64,000 bases of DNA from assembly GCF_964204645.1 (NCBI RefSeq), contig NC_134027.1:7782485-7846484 (forward strand). The letters are read 5' to 3'. This document shows positions 37,771-53,100 of this stretch, piece after piece. Origin of the DNA: Tubulanus polymorphus (taxonomy: Eukaryota > Animalia > Nemertea). The position numbers and the translations under genes were made by a program. The notes under the pieces were generated by a model that saw only the letters and a list, made by a program, of their open reading frames with translations, ran no database searches and was not told the DNA's origin. Each line of letters starts with the position of its first letter. The first letter of the stretch is position 1.

Positions 37771-40700
37771 CTGCACTCGGGAACTTTGTTTTAAAGGAAA
37801 AGCGAAGCGTGTTCGAAACGATGGTGAGTGGCGTTTCGCTTGCGGGTTTTGCTTTTTTGCGTTCTGAAAAAGGCGACGACGACGTGTCACACAGATTTTG
37901 TCGGATCTCGTCGGCAGAACAGTTCAAACGCATATCATACCATACTGTTCAGATGCGGAAGAACCCGATGTTTGTTTTAGGGCGCGTAAACACTCGGCGA
38001 AAAAAACATAAAATCCGCATCGTGCAGAAGCATCAAAATGACATAAAAAGATGCCAACCTGATGATAACTTTGAACTGATATTTTGATATTTTTTTTCTT
38101 GTCAAAAAACCAAAACTTGTGAAATAGCCTTATTTTGTTTCAGGTAAAATAACAATGTAATTTTCACAAATACGTGAATTTAGATCATTGGTATTTGTAA
38201 CAATCTTCTTCTATTTGAAATTTAGGAAATTCCGAGTTTATCGTCATTTTCCAACAATGGAAAACTCGCGCCCTTAAATAAGACGAATAGATATCTATCA
38301 CTGAGTTTTGGAAAATTAGCAAATCTTTGCGCAATACGAACGAAGTCGAAATAAGAAAAGATGTTAATTTCCTCATAAGCTGATATCAAGAAAAACGTCG
38401 TATCCTCAGAAAAAAATTCTCGCATTTCGATGTCGTTGGAACCAGTAGATATTGGAGCTCCACCGTCAAAGCGAAATATATAATATATAATAGCATGTAC
38501 GGAAACTGATCTGTGATAATTATTTCCTCAGTTGGACAATATGTGAAAAGGAGGGCTATTGTTTCTTTCACTTTGAAACGGATTTTTTGATGGAGTTCTC
38601 AACGGCCGGTTTTCTGATTAGTCCTTTTACCGCATTTGCTATCGGTAAGTATACATCAGTCCCCGATAGAGAGCATTTGGTTATTTTGTGTTTACATAAG
38701 TTAATTAATTGCTTGAGAAAAAATCGGTGTTTGTTCAGGCTTATAATTTCAATACTTAATTTAGTGTTTAAGTATATTATGTTGTTCGATGCGATATGCT
38801 TCTTAAGTATACATCTTATTTGTGTGAAAGGTGTGTATATCAATTGAGTGTTGACACGGTTGGTTCGTAGGCGTGGGGATAGCTTTCGAGTTGCCCATAT
38901 TCATTTACTGTTTATCAGCCACGCATGTCTTTTTGAGCACTTTTTTGTTGTTGTACGGAATTCATCTATTTTCGGATAATTTCTGAGCTAGATCCCTTGG
39001 TTAAGCAGTGGGACGGTTTTATGGCGATGTTGTAAAATCATGAGTCTGATAACTAATGGAAAATATATTTCCCTAGCTAGTTTTACAAGGACCGGTGATG
39101 GATGCACATTTCGGTTTATTTAGACTCAGTTTTATGACCATTCCCGTTTTATTCTGATCGGCTTTTTATAATTATTGTCTTTTTTACAAAGTCCGATCAG
39201 CGCACCGCGTACCACTAAGTATAACCGTGTCACCTAATGGCCGAGGCGGGCGACAAATCAACCGCAAACATACCAATTGAAATATTATGTATCTAAATAA
39301 ATACGGCTCTTAGTTAATGCACGTAGATACATACTGTGTTATGTTTGATGAACAATGGGTTTTTCATCGTAAAGATAATGCGGAACGATTTGATTGAATA
39401 CAATTATCATCGGTTACAACAAGTCTCTATTACTTCTGCTCTATCCATCCGAATTGTTGTCAATTTTACAGGCTTTTTGTTTTATCTTTCGGACTGTTTG
39501 ATTATCGAGGGAAGCACCGCCAAATATAAAAGCATCACTTTGTCAGTATGGTTTGTATTTCATATTCAATCATATACATTTCTAATTACGCAAATATCTA
39601 ACATAAAGTATAACCTTCGTGAAGTAATAAGAAAATTCCAAATACGATGAATATCAAACAAGATAGTATATCTATAATAAGCGGGTGCTGTAAATCTTTT
39701 GGTGTTCGTTTCCAGCCAATTTTCATCAACCAGTTTTGATAGATATGAAAGTTTCCGTTTCACGTCAATTCCCACCATACTCGACTTCAACCCCCTGACA
39801 AAAAACCTGATGTCATATCGTTCAAATATTTGCAAACTTTTTCCCCAAAGAAATCGTTCGATCGTGTCTGCAGCTGTAAGTTTGAATTAAAATAGATTCT
39901 GTAAGTTTGAATTTAACCAGATTGGTCCGACCTTTGTCACACATTCCGAGAAAACATACTTTCCAACTCTGAACCAATGCAATAACATTATGTTTCCGGT
40001 CCGTTGAATTTCCAATTTTCGCACTGAAAATTGGTAATGCACAAATTTAATCTAGAATAAATTGTATTATATCATGTAAGACCATAGACCCCAGACAGTA
40101 TGGATTTTGATCGTTTCATTTCGCCGAACTGGTTTTTTTCATGATAGATTTCAAAACGTTCCGATATTAAAATCTTCCTAGCGGGAGTCGATTTGCCGGG
40201 TGTCTGATGAAAATTCGTAATTCGTAACCGGGTGTTGAAAAAAGACAACGAAACAAATAGTAGTTTATAGGGTTGGTATTTGATGCACGAGCTTTCGCTG
40301 TAGTGTATAGTGCTTCATCAGGTGAATGAGTATAGTCATTATAGTATTATGACATTGTCACTCTGCCTATAAATGCCGTTGTTTTTCCATTGAATATTTA
40401 TCTCGTTGATGCAAAAAGAGATAACAGGCTTTAAAGTTACAAGAAGTTCACGCAAAAGCTACAGAAGCTGCATCAAATTGTACGAGATTATATGGCTATA
40501 TCTGATTCGCATTTCTGATTCTATCACAAATTCAGGACACATTGGGGACACTGTCTAATATAATGTATCACTTGCATAAATCCGTTACGGAAGGTAATCT
40601 GGCTTAGGGCGAAAAAACGACGTCTAAGTAGGATAAAATCGAAGATTTAATTGGGATTAGGCTGGCGTTTATTAATTATTCAAGTGTAAATTGAATCGTG

Positions 40701-43595
40701 AACGATGAAACCGTGAAATTGCCCCCGGATATCGGCCGCCACGAAGCCAAAAATTGCCATGGAACGAATTAAGATCGTCACAGGCAGTATAAATAAAATG
40801 AATTGATTCTGAACACATCATCACAGGTGCTAGAATTCCCTGTTATATGAAATGTATGAAAACTTAATATCACAATGTGGTCGCGGAGAAAGATATGAAA
40901 AAAAGAATACATGAATGTATGAAACCCGATTAGGTGGGGATGGGTTTATATCCCTCGGGGGTGGCTTTGAGTTCAAACACTGCATTCTTTCATACATTAA
41001 TAGAAGAGCTACGAGCATGGAATTCTGAAAGAATTAAACACTGACTACAATGAATTAATCCTTTTCGAAACGAGTAAGTACTTGGTGTTTAGATCTAAAC
41101 AGGAGTGGTCTCACAAAAGGTTTATACATCGGAAAAAAAATTTGGATTTGCAAAAAAAAAACGATTTTAGAAGCTTAAACTTGTCGTTAGTCACACCCGG
41201 GGGCAAAATATTAAACTTTTTCTCGAATTTCACTATTGTTTCATTCTTTTCTTTTTATGTTTGAGAATCAATATTTTTTCAAAGCGATTGATTTGGACCT
41301 AAACTTTGCATATTGTTTCTGCTAAAACAGTAGTCGTGGGTGTCAGGTATTCTTTCGCAAATACGCGTATATAAATGGTTCAAACTGACACCAACCTTTA
41401 GGCGCTGTGAGGAAGAACGACAAAGCACGCCAAAACAAACAATTCTGCAACGATGAAATCGAATCCCACCGGTTCGTAGCATCCTATTAAATCATGAGTA
41501 TATGTATTTTCTGTATTTTCTCGTATATTCATCGTATCGTTTTTCATACAATGGTATAAATATTTATCAATTTTTAGTATCTTGTTACCGGCCTATGATT
41601 CAACAATCTGGATCCAGTTTTGGTAGAATAGCCCATACACTCTGATGTGGAGAACAGATAATAAGTTTAAAAGCTTACTACTATATGCTAAATCTATAAG
41701 ATTAAAAACGAATATAGTGGGTTTTAAACTTATTGGATTTAGTTCTATCTATGGCATTTTCGGGGAGGACAAAATATTATTTTCCTAAGTATATTTCCTA
41801 TTTGGAATCATGCCTTCTTCGACTATACCATCCATACCTTCGGTGCTGGTTATGATTTATGATACATAGTGAATATTTCTAATGACTGGGTGAAGGCTAT
41901 TACAGAATGGTGGACGGCATTAAACCCCGCCCTAACGCGGTAGTGCTGCAGTACGGGCTATCTGATATTGCTCGTTTGCTATGATACGTGACTACTAATG
42001 GACAAGCGGACGTAAACGACGGAATTATTTTATCAGCGTGTCTGATCATTATTTGGAATAACAGCTGGGATGCAGATATAGCGTGTCACTTGAATATACC
42101 GTGCCAGTAATACGGGTTAGTTTACAGAAAATGATCACGATTTGCTTCGTTTTTCGGAACACGAAGATATGAAGTGCGTCAGCATCTGGCAGATTCAACA
42201 GATGTGCCGCAGAATTGAATTTACGCCGTTTCGGAGTCCACGATCAAACCTCTCACACTCGGCTACCTCGGAATCAAATGTCAAAAATCGTGACTCAAGA
42301 TAAGATATGAATTTTGTGATACTTAATTATATTTGAACATTATTTCTGATTATCTCCAGGCATACGTATCTAACGAAGATCCAGAAATAGGATTTTTTTC
42401 AACCGAAGTTTCCATCAATGGTTCTATCAGTTAATTTGACGACGTTCCATGGATTCGACTATGCTTTACCTTGGTAGTTGATACTATGTGTGGATTAAAA
42501 AAATGAAAATGATGCATAAACGTCCATGGTTAACCTCGCACGCATTGGTTTGTCATTATAACTAAAATAAATAATGAAGATATTTTGATATAGAGAGCCA
42601 TTAAGGCATCGGCAGACAGTTCGTACGAAAAAGTACGATATGAAATAGATGGAAGCTGTGGACAGTGACCGAAAATTCATTCTTTGTTGCTGAGAGGAAC
42701 AAACGCCGTGCAGTTGCAATGACGGCTACAGATCAGCAGCGCGATGGCAGAGCTAGCGGCAGATGATGTAATTGGTCTCATGAGCTTTCCATCGTCAACA
42801 AATTGCCATGGTCGACAGTAAATCTCCGGACGCATGTCTTTCTGATGTTCGAATAAGTAGCGCCCTCCGTGTCCTTTTGCCGCAGGAAAAACCATTTCAA
42901 CATCAATTCTGCACCACGAACTCCACATTTTTTAAGGTGGCTACAGAATGAAAACCTACCAATCCACCGGTTGTACATTTCTGGTCTCACGAAAACTTAA
43001 TGATACTTTCGATTGTGCTCTGTAGAATATTGCTTTTTCGGATGACGTCCAAATATTTTCAGCATAAAATACAAATATCAAAATCGAACGCGGAACCACC
43101 ATTTCACGAGTCTCCGCGCTAGACGGAAACAAGTAAATATTTAAACACTATACGCACACTTAACGTCGTCCCTATTGATTGTTCAGGAAAAAGAATCGTT
43201 TAAAGAAATCGCCAGAAAGTGGCGAGAGAATTCCCTTATGGTCACTAGAAATGAGTCCCATTGCATTCTTTTGTTAATCATGCATAATTTGTGCTTAGTT
43301 AAAAACTGGGAACCTATTTATTTTGGTTTTGAGTATCTCTCCTGTGATGCCATTTGAATATCATCTACAGTCAAAATGTTATGTCTTTTTTTGTGGAAAG
43401 TGAATCAAACAGCCAATTCTTCTTTAAGCCAAGTCTTAGATCGACTTCTATATCTGGCGATTGAAAATGTCTCATTCGCACGGGAATTCTGACCGCGCCC
43501 ATTATTGATGTATGAGCTAACAAACCAGTGTGTCCCAGAGGCTTTGAAATATTACGCTAAAAGTTGTGTTTTTTTACCAAATCTTTCTTGCCTTC

Positions 43596-43755
43596 GGGTA
43601 ACGATCGTAATGGTAAAGCAACTATTACCAAGATGGGCCACATGTAGTATCGACTACTTCCCAGGGAGCGTAAAAGGGTAACGATCGTAATGGTAAAGCA
43701 ACTATTACCAAGATGGGCCACATGTAGTATCGACTACTTCCCAGGGAGCGTAAAA
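43596..43755. repeat. Perfect 80-bp tandem duplication
   Basis: GGGTAACGATCGTAATGG...CCCAGGGAGCGTAAAA at 43596-43675 and 43676-43755. Confidence 0.95.
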
Positions 43756-46700
43756 CGAAAAAGAACCTGAGTCCGGTTCCACATTTCTGAGCTAAGTTTG
43801 ACGGGAGATAAATCTAATTCACAAATTAAGATTAAGTATTCGAATATTTGTTGCTTGAAAAGGCAACTCCCTGTGCATACTCCTTTCCAGTTATTCGATT
43901 ATCGAAAGCGTTTGATCAACTATAATCTGTATTAACAGCGACGCCAAATCACATCAAAATTCAATTTATTCGTGTGACAGTTTGCACTGTGGCGTGGCTC
44001 GTGCATCCTTGTCGCGTTAAGTGGAAAACATCTCGTTTATACTGTTGAGCACCGATTAGTTTACTATGCGATTACTTGCCAACGGTGTTATTTGGGGATG
44101 TCTTCTTCAAAGGTTTATTCATCCATTATCATTTATCCATTGGCTCTTAAAACAAAGTTCGTGCTTAGATAGGCGCTTAAGTGGCCATAGGTCTCGAGTA
44201 AAGAATTACAGATACTTCCGTCAGTAATAAAATATCGTTGATTTATCCTCGTTTTCTCAAAACTATAGAACTGAGTTTAGGTTGATATTGAACTGGAACC
44301 GACATCATTTCCAATTGTACTTCGATTTAAACAAAAAATTCTGTAAATTCGACTGCGGATCACAAAATTTCCGATTTCAAAATCAAACCCCCTGTTTCAC
44401 TCCCGGCAGGTTTGGTGTGTTCTGTAAGGGACACCAAATAAAAACAAATCAAACGAAATCTACCGATCAAATAAATAACAGGGTCAATCTCTATCTTAAG
44501 ATCGAATAGAAATGCATGTACATTAACCTTTTATTAATTGAGTCTAAACCGCGAATAATCTCAGGATTCCCACGATTTGTTTCGTACTGGATAACAGTAA
44601 TCCTGGGTCGAATCAGTACAAAAACGTACATCGTCGCGGCATTGTTTTAAAATGTACCATTTGGCTGCGTTTCAGGAAGTCATCCTAGTCGGTAGATTGC
44701 CGTTCGGGTACACTTATCTCCTCTGTTACTCTCTGATAATCAATAGCGAACATGTTGTAAATAGAAAATATCGATGATTGATGAAACGAACTTTCAATTC
44801 AATGACAGTCGAGTCGGAAGAAAAAACTAACGCCCAAAAAGCAACGAACGTGAAATTAGAAATGTCAATTCTAAGACATCTGACCTGATAATTGTAGGTT
44901 TTCGATTCAGCGTCATAAGTCTTAAAAGACTTTCGCCGTTGAAAATCGTTAGCTCCGGACGCGTGGAATCGAAAACGTTTTAAGTTCTTTTCGATTCAAC
45001 ATTTTCGTATTGATGGTCATTAGAATGAATTCTAGAATTGAAAGGAAAGTCGACATTGATCGCGCAGAATTTGTATTGGCTCGTCTTTTCTTAACCCCCC
45101 GCATAATGCGAATCGCGAAGAAGTGTTGACAGAATATATTCAAATATCAATCATAATGTATATATTCCTTGAAGAAATAACCGTTTGAAAACTAAGAATC
45201 ACCAAAAACTAATAATCGCCTTTATCTAAAAAGTCGTTCGCGGAGAACAATTTCTATTCGAGCGAAAAGAACGCGTATAAGTCTTACTTGCTTGATACAT
45301 AATAAAGTATCAGTGGCCCGCAAAATATATATACGTCACGGCCTTCACGATATTCCACACACGCCGTACAATGAAAGCCTTTTAGGCATGGACTCTACAT
45401 TATCCTAGATAAGTTTTATGCGACCGAGTGTCGTTCAGTGACAGGACTTCATCGTGCGATTAATGGTGCGTCAGTCTCACGAAATTCATAACAACACTAA
45501 ACCACTAAGTATCCACCATCAGAATTATTTATTATTTAATCTGGCCCCGCATAAAAGTGTCGCCAAAGTACTGTATTGAAATGTGGAAGCACCTTGCGAA
45601 TAATGAGACGAGTAATTGGCAAACAGAAACGACATGCGTCTGCGGACTACCAAGAACCCTCCTATACTTTACCACAAACGAGAGGTATGGTTTGTACTGG
45701 CGGGTAACGCCTTGCTCGACATCACGCGCCGAGCCGAATACCATTCCCGGGGAAATTATAAGGGATGATCACGACAATGCGGTGTAAAATGTTTAGTCTA
45801 TACATTACCACAACGTATGTACTGAAGCAATCCTAAGTATAGTATTAATTTTTAGTATATATTCATTACTCGTCACAGTAACACAGACTGGTCTGGTGGG
45901 ATACGCGATTAATTTACAAGAAACTGCCAGATGGCAGTCTATTGAAGATAACGGAATAAGAGTAAGGAAATCAATATATAAAAGTTATACAAAGAAGGTT
46001 GATTTCCTTATAGTTGTTCTTATAGTTAGTATTGTTAACCTGGACTCGAAGTGAACCAATTTGATCCGACGAACAAGGCCTCTCGATGGACTGCATTTCA
46101 ATAAGTCAAATATGAGAAAAAATGAAATTGTCAAAGGGTCACGGAGTTGTTATTTCAAAACGAAAAATACGAAACAACAACGGAAATGGCTATGCTTGCG
46201 GGTTGTTTAAAATGTCACCGACTGGTCGAAGGCATGTTTTCTGCCCCCGCTAACGTTGGTTAAAAATGTTGTATTTCAAATATCACCAAGAATGATATAT
46301 GATTTCTTTCACGATAAAGCACTTCCGACGCTGTTTGAAAAATTGTGCCAGTAGTGGGATAGGCCGCTTTGAAAAAAACATCTCGTTTTCGTTTTGTATC
46401 CGTTACCATTGGTCTATTATTATTCGGTCTTCCGCTCGCCAATAGGAAATTATTGATAAGTATATAAGCATTTGTCAAGTTGTTGGGTTTTTATTGACTT
46501 AGCGAGTGAGTTGTCTTGTGTATAGTGGTCATTATTGCATCCTAGTCGACATTTTCACCTTTCACTACTTTTTTCTTTTTGAGGGGCATGTCTTATATAA
46601 ACTATTTCTTAGTTTCTACTACGGGCCTCTCCAAGTCTAATTGACTGTATTTTGTATTTTGCATCTGTGTCCACTATGCTATGAATTATATTTGAAAATA

Positions 46701-49700
46701 AAGTATTCATTCGTTCAAATTTGACTTTTTCTGCCGAATTCACATCGCCACACCGATTTGATTTTCACAGACTTCAATACTACAAGCATCAATCTGTTCA
46801 ATTTGTAGTTCCTCAAAAACAACGATTGATCGTCAAAAATAGAGGCCAAGATATTTTTCTGTGTTTACCCGCGGAACGTTAATGGGTAAGATTGATAAGC
46901 AGCAACGAGCTAACATTCCTTAAACTACCGGCATTGTCATCTCGGCGTGGCACGAGTAGAATGTACACAGAAGTGATAAATGCCGCGCTGTTTGCTTTGG
47001 GAAAAAGTGGTAATTTGACAAGCGCACAGGTAGTTGTTGGACAAACACTCAGACATCGCGCAGGATGTCTTTATAACCGGAGTTTGATTTTTATCAGGAT
47101 ATCTCTACGCGCCAGTGGCGATTACCGACGTTGTTGATTGTTTTTCTTAGTACGATATAAGACCGGATTAAGAAATTACTGGTCGCAATCTGGCACTGTA
47201 CGTGCGGTTGACCATTTTATCGGCTATCCGCGCGACACTTCAAAATCGCTTACATGATTGCCACCAGAGATGATAGACAGTAAGCAAACCAATAATTATT
47301 TTGATATCGGTGAATAACAAACAAGAGCGTATTATTCATCTGATTTATGTGTTTTACGTGAGATTTTAGCACTCTCTAATTGTCCAGCAAAAAGGAAAGG
47401 AAATTTGATTATGAATATCATATTTCCGTTGTATTAGTTGATTTAGTTATTCCACTATTGGAGGATTAAGTCATCGTTTATCAAACGGTATAGTTAATTT
47501 TTTTCAGTAACATTCCTCATGTCATGATAATCTAAGAAATAAATATAAGATTGTCAATTTACACCTAGATACTTTTCATTCGGCCTTCATTGATCCTAAC
47601 AAACCAATGTTCTTCAAACATCGCGAAATTTATGTAAAAACACGGACTCGTAAATATCACGTAAAGAATATTGTATAGATATTATATTGTTTCTCTTTAT
47701 CCTTTATTGTTTTATTGTTCATCCTTTTTTCATTTACAATCATGTTCTTTTATGATGAACAAAATGAATTTGAATTTTGAATTTTGTTTCGTCAACGAAT
47801 TACTTAATCACAACTTCGTTTATCTAAATTGAAATAATCTTAGCACGACGTCATATTATGTACGTACGCTAATACGATGCTACATTTACTACATATATTC
47901 ATTCATTATCAACGGTATTTTTTCAAAATAGATGAAAATCATTTAGACGATAAGCTGCACATTGCCCTTTCCAGATTTGTTTCTAATTCGGATGCCGTTG
48001 TCACCTGATGATGATCCATCTAGGTTTGTCGACGCTAATCGACATTTCGTAGTGGTTTCATTAGTTTCTATTTTGCCCTGTCATCGGCTCGGTTTACTCG
48101 ATTAGTACTAAATGATTTCTTACATCGACCGAGTAGACCGATTATCCGCGCATCCAACGGCGCACTTTTTCAAATTTTCGACTGAGTTTTCATACACGCC
48201 GTGATGCGCGATATTTCTTTTCCTCTGAACTATGAACCATCCATAACTTAAGCATCCATACCTTGTTTCTCCTAATCGGCCGGGTTGTTGTGTAAACCGC
48301 AATAAAGTAATGTAATAAGTTCTATAGCTGCCGGGTCTGTTATGGTCAGCTTGATTATGATCAAAAAAAGTTTTGTACATGATAGAAAGGCGGCCGGCCG
48401 GGTGAACTTTTAAGTGCAACCGAAAGAAGAAGGTATCAATTTTCTAGCCTTGTACACTTTTGACTTGTAATTCCACTGCTAGATACATGATCGAATATTT
48501 CACCTTAAGTTTTGAGATTTTTAGATTTCGAGGTCAGTTCTGGAATTTTGATGCGTTATCTCGGTAATATCAAGTGGCTCAGCATACAATTCACATCTTC
48601 AAAAATCATATTTTCAAATTTAATCACCCTATATATCTGGGGAATTGAATTGTGTGTATAAAAATACTCGTGTTATTTTTACCCAATATTCACACATGAT
48701 GGTATTACAGAGACTTGTAGGAAGCACTCCGGGTCCTCGACGAATCACAGCGACACTAATTACCCCACGAAACCGACAGGAACGGGAAATTTAAGTACGT
48801 CTTTGAGTAATTCAATTGAAGTTTTCGGGCACTCATAAGATTCTCGATTTGTTCGTAACTCGATAAGATGGACGTGTGTACAATGCTCGCCGCGTTTCTA
48901 ACAGCATTCTCGCGCGCGAGCAATTATTATTTTCTCGAAACCAGCGCAAATGACCGCGGCTCTGCAGCGGCCCATCGCGCCTCATTTATTTTTCATCCGC
49001 CCGCAAGCACGATATTTTTTGGTACAAATATAGCCGTCACACGAAACTGTCCTGGCAACAAGTTGACGTGTTGCTACATTAAATGATGTCTAATGGCCGA
49101 ATTAATGGCATAATCACTTTCCTGCTATCATTAGCTACAGTGTTTAAATGCGGTGTACTTCTATCACGTTTGACTTTTATGGTAATTTTACATGAAGCTC
49201 TTCGTATGCCCACGAACGAATGGCCACCGTCGTTCGGAACAAGGTGATACCTATATGGTGAAGGATGTTGGAATAATATGCAGCTAAAACCAAATGTTTT
49301 TCTCGCTTCACGCATTTCTTCATTTCCATGATTAAGGCAACATTGTAACGGTAACGACTGAAGTCGTATCCGACTTCGGACTTAGAAAGCCGAACCCTTG
49401 CCGAATTGAGCGTCGAATATATTTAGCACGTCAACCCCATGCGTACTGACATTGCTGTTTATGGCTACTATGGCTACTTATGAACTTAGAGTTGACTGCT
49501 GCCGTTTGACTAGTGAAGAATCATCCACGCAAGCTTAGATTTACACATCGGAACGGTCATCGTTACTGGTTATCGGTTTCGTCTTCGTATGAAAAAATTG
49601 GTAGAACTGAACGGATGTTAAATAAAACCAGTCACATACAAAAACGCACCGGACCAACGCACACAGACGACAAGGAAACATATAGAGCATATGTAGTTGA

Positions 49701-49909
49701 TTATACCCCGTATAGATTCTCCGGATGTCCAAACACAGTAACGGTTACGACAACGTATGTATCATCGACGATTGTGACATGATTAAGAAAAGCCGAGCTT
49801 GATATCGCATTAATACACTTCACCCAATAAGGTTTCTAGTAGAGGCAATCGCAGTAACATTTCGTCAATGCCGATTACCCTCTAAGCACACAAAAAAACC
49901 AACTAGAAA

Positions 49910-50154
49910 CAGGCTCGTGCCGAGCTTTTTTGAGGGGCGGTTCCTTTTCAGGAGAAAGGATTTTTCACCTTGAAAAGGGGCGCTTCTTTATTAGAAAAGG
50001 ACTGATCTTTAATAAGTACCGGAATAATTCATTTGAGAATGGATTACTTTTCAAAATTTTTAAGAAATCTTGAGCCGAATATTTTGACACTGCCTTTTTG
50101 AAGGGCTGTGTGAAAATTTTAGGGGGTTCGTACACCACCTTCGGTGCAGGCCTG
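49910..50154. mobile_element. MITE with CAGG termini and a 5-bp target duplication (hAT5-like)
   Basis: CAGGCTCGTGCC ... GGTGCAGGCCTG, flanked by AGAAA on both sides. Confidence 0.6.
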
Positions 50155-53100
50155 AGAAAGGACTAAATGCTTCCAACGGTTATCATTAGAAAGAGATTCC
50201 GTACATGATTTTAAGATTGATTTGCACAATTCGCGAAATAAGCAGTGTTTTACGCATGTTTTATCGTTTTGTTACAAAGCTGAAAATCCTTATGAAATCT
50301 CTCGTAAATATATCGGTGAAGTTCAACTTGTAAACCTCCATTCGCGGCACTTGTTCGGAGGCAGAGATTATCTGGCAATCGATACACGAATTGTAAACAC
50401 GGGCCCAACCCTTCAATCACTCGTATCGACGTGTCGACTTTCTCATTATTACAAATCATAATCCATTTTGATCGGCCTCTTTTGTTTGGCCAGTATGTCC
50501 AATTGGAATACAACCGCATTTGATAAATTCTTGATAATGCGTACATTGTCCGCTCGTGAGGTATAGTTTTGATTTATCAGTATACATAGTAATTCGCTGA
50601 GCTAAGTATCACATAAGCTTCGATACAACCACAACAATAGTCGATTCTTCATTTATCTGTCGCTCCCAGATTCATCTAGTGATAATCAGAGTTCGTATGA
50701 CAATCTTGAAACATCTGTGCGACGATAAGAAGATTTTGACGTCTAAAAATAACGCTAACGCATTCTATCGTTGGATTTGGTTTCATTTCATAATCACCGT
50801 AAATACGTGCTTATATAACTGCACCAAAGCTATTCGATTGAAATCTAACCTTTTATTCTATAATATTTGTCAAAGTATCGTTTACAAAAAACGCCTTAAT
50901 CACCTGCAATCGATCGATACTCAAATTATGGAACACACTATTCTCGACTTACGTTTAAAGGATCATTAATAAACATGTGATTGATATTTTCAAGCATTAA
51001 TAATTTCAGCAGAGGTTCAAACATTATAGTTGTTGTCATCGTTATGAATTTTATGCTCTATGGTTGTTTAGAAATGATATCATAAGTTTACGTATATTAC
51101 TATCAAAATTAGAATTAAAATTAGTACAACTTTTCAATTTTTAACAGAATAAAGGGCCCTGTTTTAATGGAAAGGTACTTAGTACAATGCCTTAGCCGGT
51201 AACATCTATATTTTGATAAGCGAATATTTGGTATACAGATTATCAAATGCTTTTAGTTCCATTATGCGAATGAAACTGCGAACGTTATTGAGATACTTAA
51301 TTGTACGACTAGTCGATATTTGTCTACTGTTTCAATGAATCGCATAATTCGCGAGTGTGTCTGCAACCTACGACAATTGAATTTGAAGCCTAGCGCGCAA
51401 ACGAGCGTTTCTTTTTTCAAGCGTTTAGGAAAATAGTGTCGCTCGTTTCGCCCGAAACTATGCGAGGCATGCGCACAGACACAAACCGTCGTATATAAAT
51501 CTAAATCTTTTACTCGAAAATTCGTTTGATACTCGAAGTTTTCAAGACGAATATATAAATCTTAAGTAGTTTGTCTTTGTTGAATTATTGAGGACAGATG
51601 TTGTTAGAGAAGATGAACCTAAAATCGTATTCAGAAACTGCGCAAACTTTGTGGGGGTTCTTCTATTTTGAAAGTCTCCAATCCCCGAGAACGGAAAAAG
51701 TCTTTCTTGCCTACCTGCACATATTTCTACATTTAAATTGAATTCACACGGCTAATGGTACCCTTGACAACAAGGCACTCAATTCTTCCTTCGTATCAGT
51801 TTTTAACAGGAATTAACGACTTCTCAGAAGAAAATTCGTGATATATATCACATACAATAATTAACGTATAGTCAATGTGCTTTGAGTTTCATCGATTTTA
51901 GAATTAAAACTGTTCTCAGCAGTTAAATCTGCTTCTATGATCGGCAGTCACCTTTTACCTGAGCACTTCAAACAACGCGTTGACTGGTTGGAAATGATTT
52001 AACCAACCTAGAATGAAGTATCCCAAACTCCTGCTGATACTATCGCGTCGTTTAACATTTACGTTCAACCGACCAAATTTTAAATTGGCCTATATGAAAT
52101 CTATGTATATAAAAACTAGAAATTATTGTCTTATCATCACCACTTCAAATCGATATAAAAGATGATGCGAACATTACAATTTCCTAGGATTGTGAAAACA
52201 GATAATAACGACAGATGATTATTATAACAGATATGCAGATCAACATTTTCTAGTGTTTCATCCTATTTTTAAAAGAAAAAACGGTGTTTATTATTATGAA
52301 TGTAGAACACATTACCTATTGATATCTATTTCCGAGCTTTAAAGTTGAAATTCTGATCGGGTTTTCGTTCGGTGATTCGTAGCTAGTCGCCGATTCCCTT
52401 TAGACCGTCGTGATGGCTTATCCCAAAGAAACAAATATTCGCGCGTTGGTTGCCTCTCTCTCTCTCCCTCTGTGTGTTGATGGCGCTTTCTGTTCTCTCT
52501 GTGTTGTTAGATCGAAGTTTTCGCTGAAAGCACCATTCCTCGCAGCCCCGCCTGCACAATTCTACCGATTTTATGATTGGTCGAAAACGACGATGACGTG
52601 AGCAACGGTTTGGCGCGGCACCCGATGTTGCCAACTTTTCCCCAATTGGCGACGCATCATTGGCGGGAAGCGGCATCGGCATGCAGTCATGCAACACCGT
52701 GGATACGTACATATATTAAACGGATTATTTTCGAAACTCGAAGGCTGATTTGCCCAATTAAAGGCATCTAGATTAGAACACACTTGGGCATTGGCGACGC
52801 GAGTTTGGAAATGAAATTATAAATATCCATGAGTGACGTTGCGAGTTGAATTATTAATTAGCAATTTTTATCACCTTCGCGTCGATGTCGTTTGCCTCCC
52901 ACTTCCCAAATTGACATCAAAGCGTGATAAGGTGTAATTCGGGGTATTATTTAATTATTCATCGTTATATATACCCGCCGGACAACACTGATATACCTAC
53001 CGAATTGGCACCAATATCAATAATTATTAGGGACCCATGTTTTCTTGAATTCAGAAGCTATCAATTTCTTTATAATTTTGGTTAGATACGTATCACGTGA

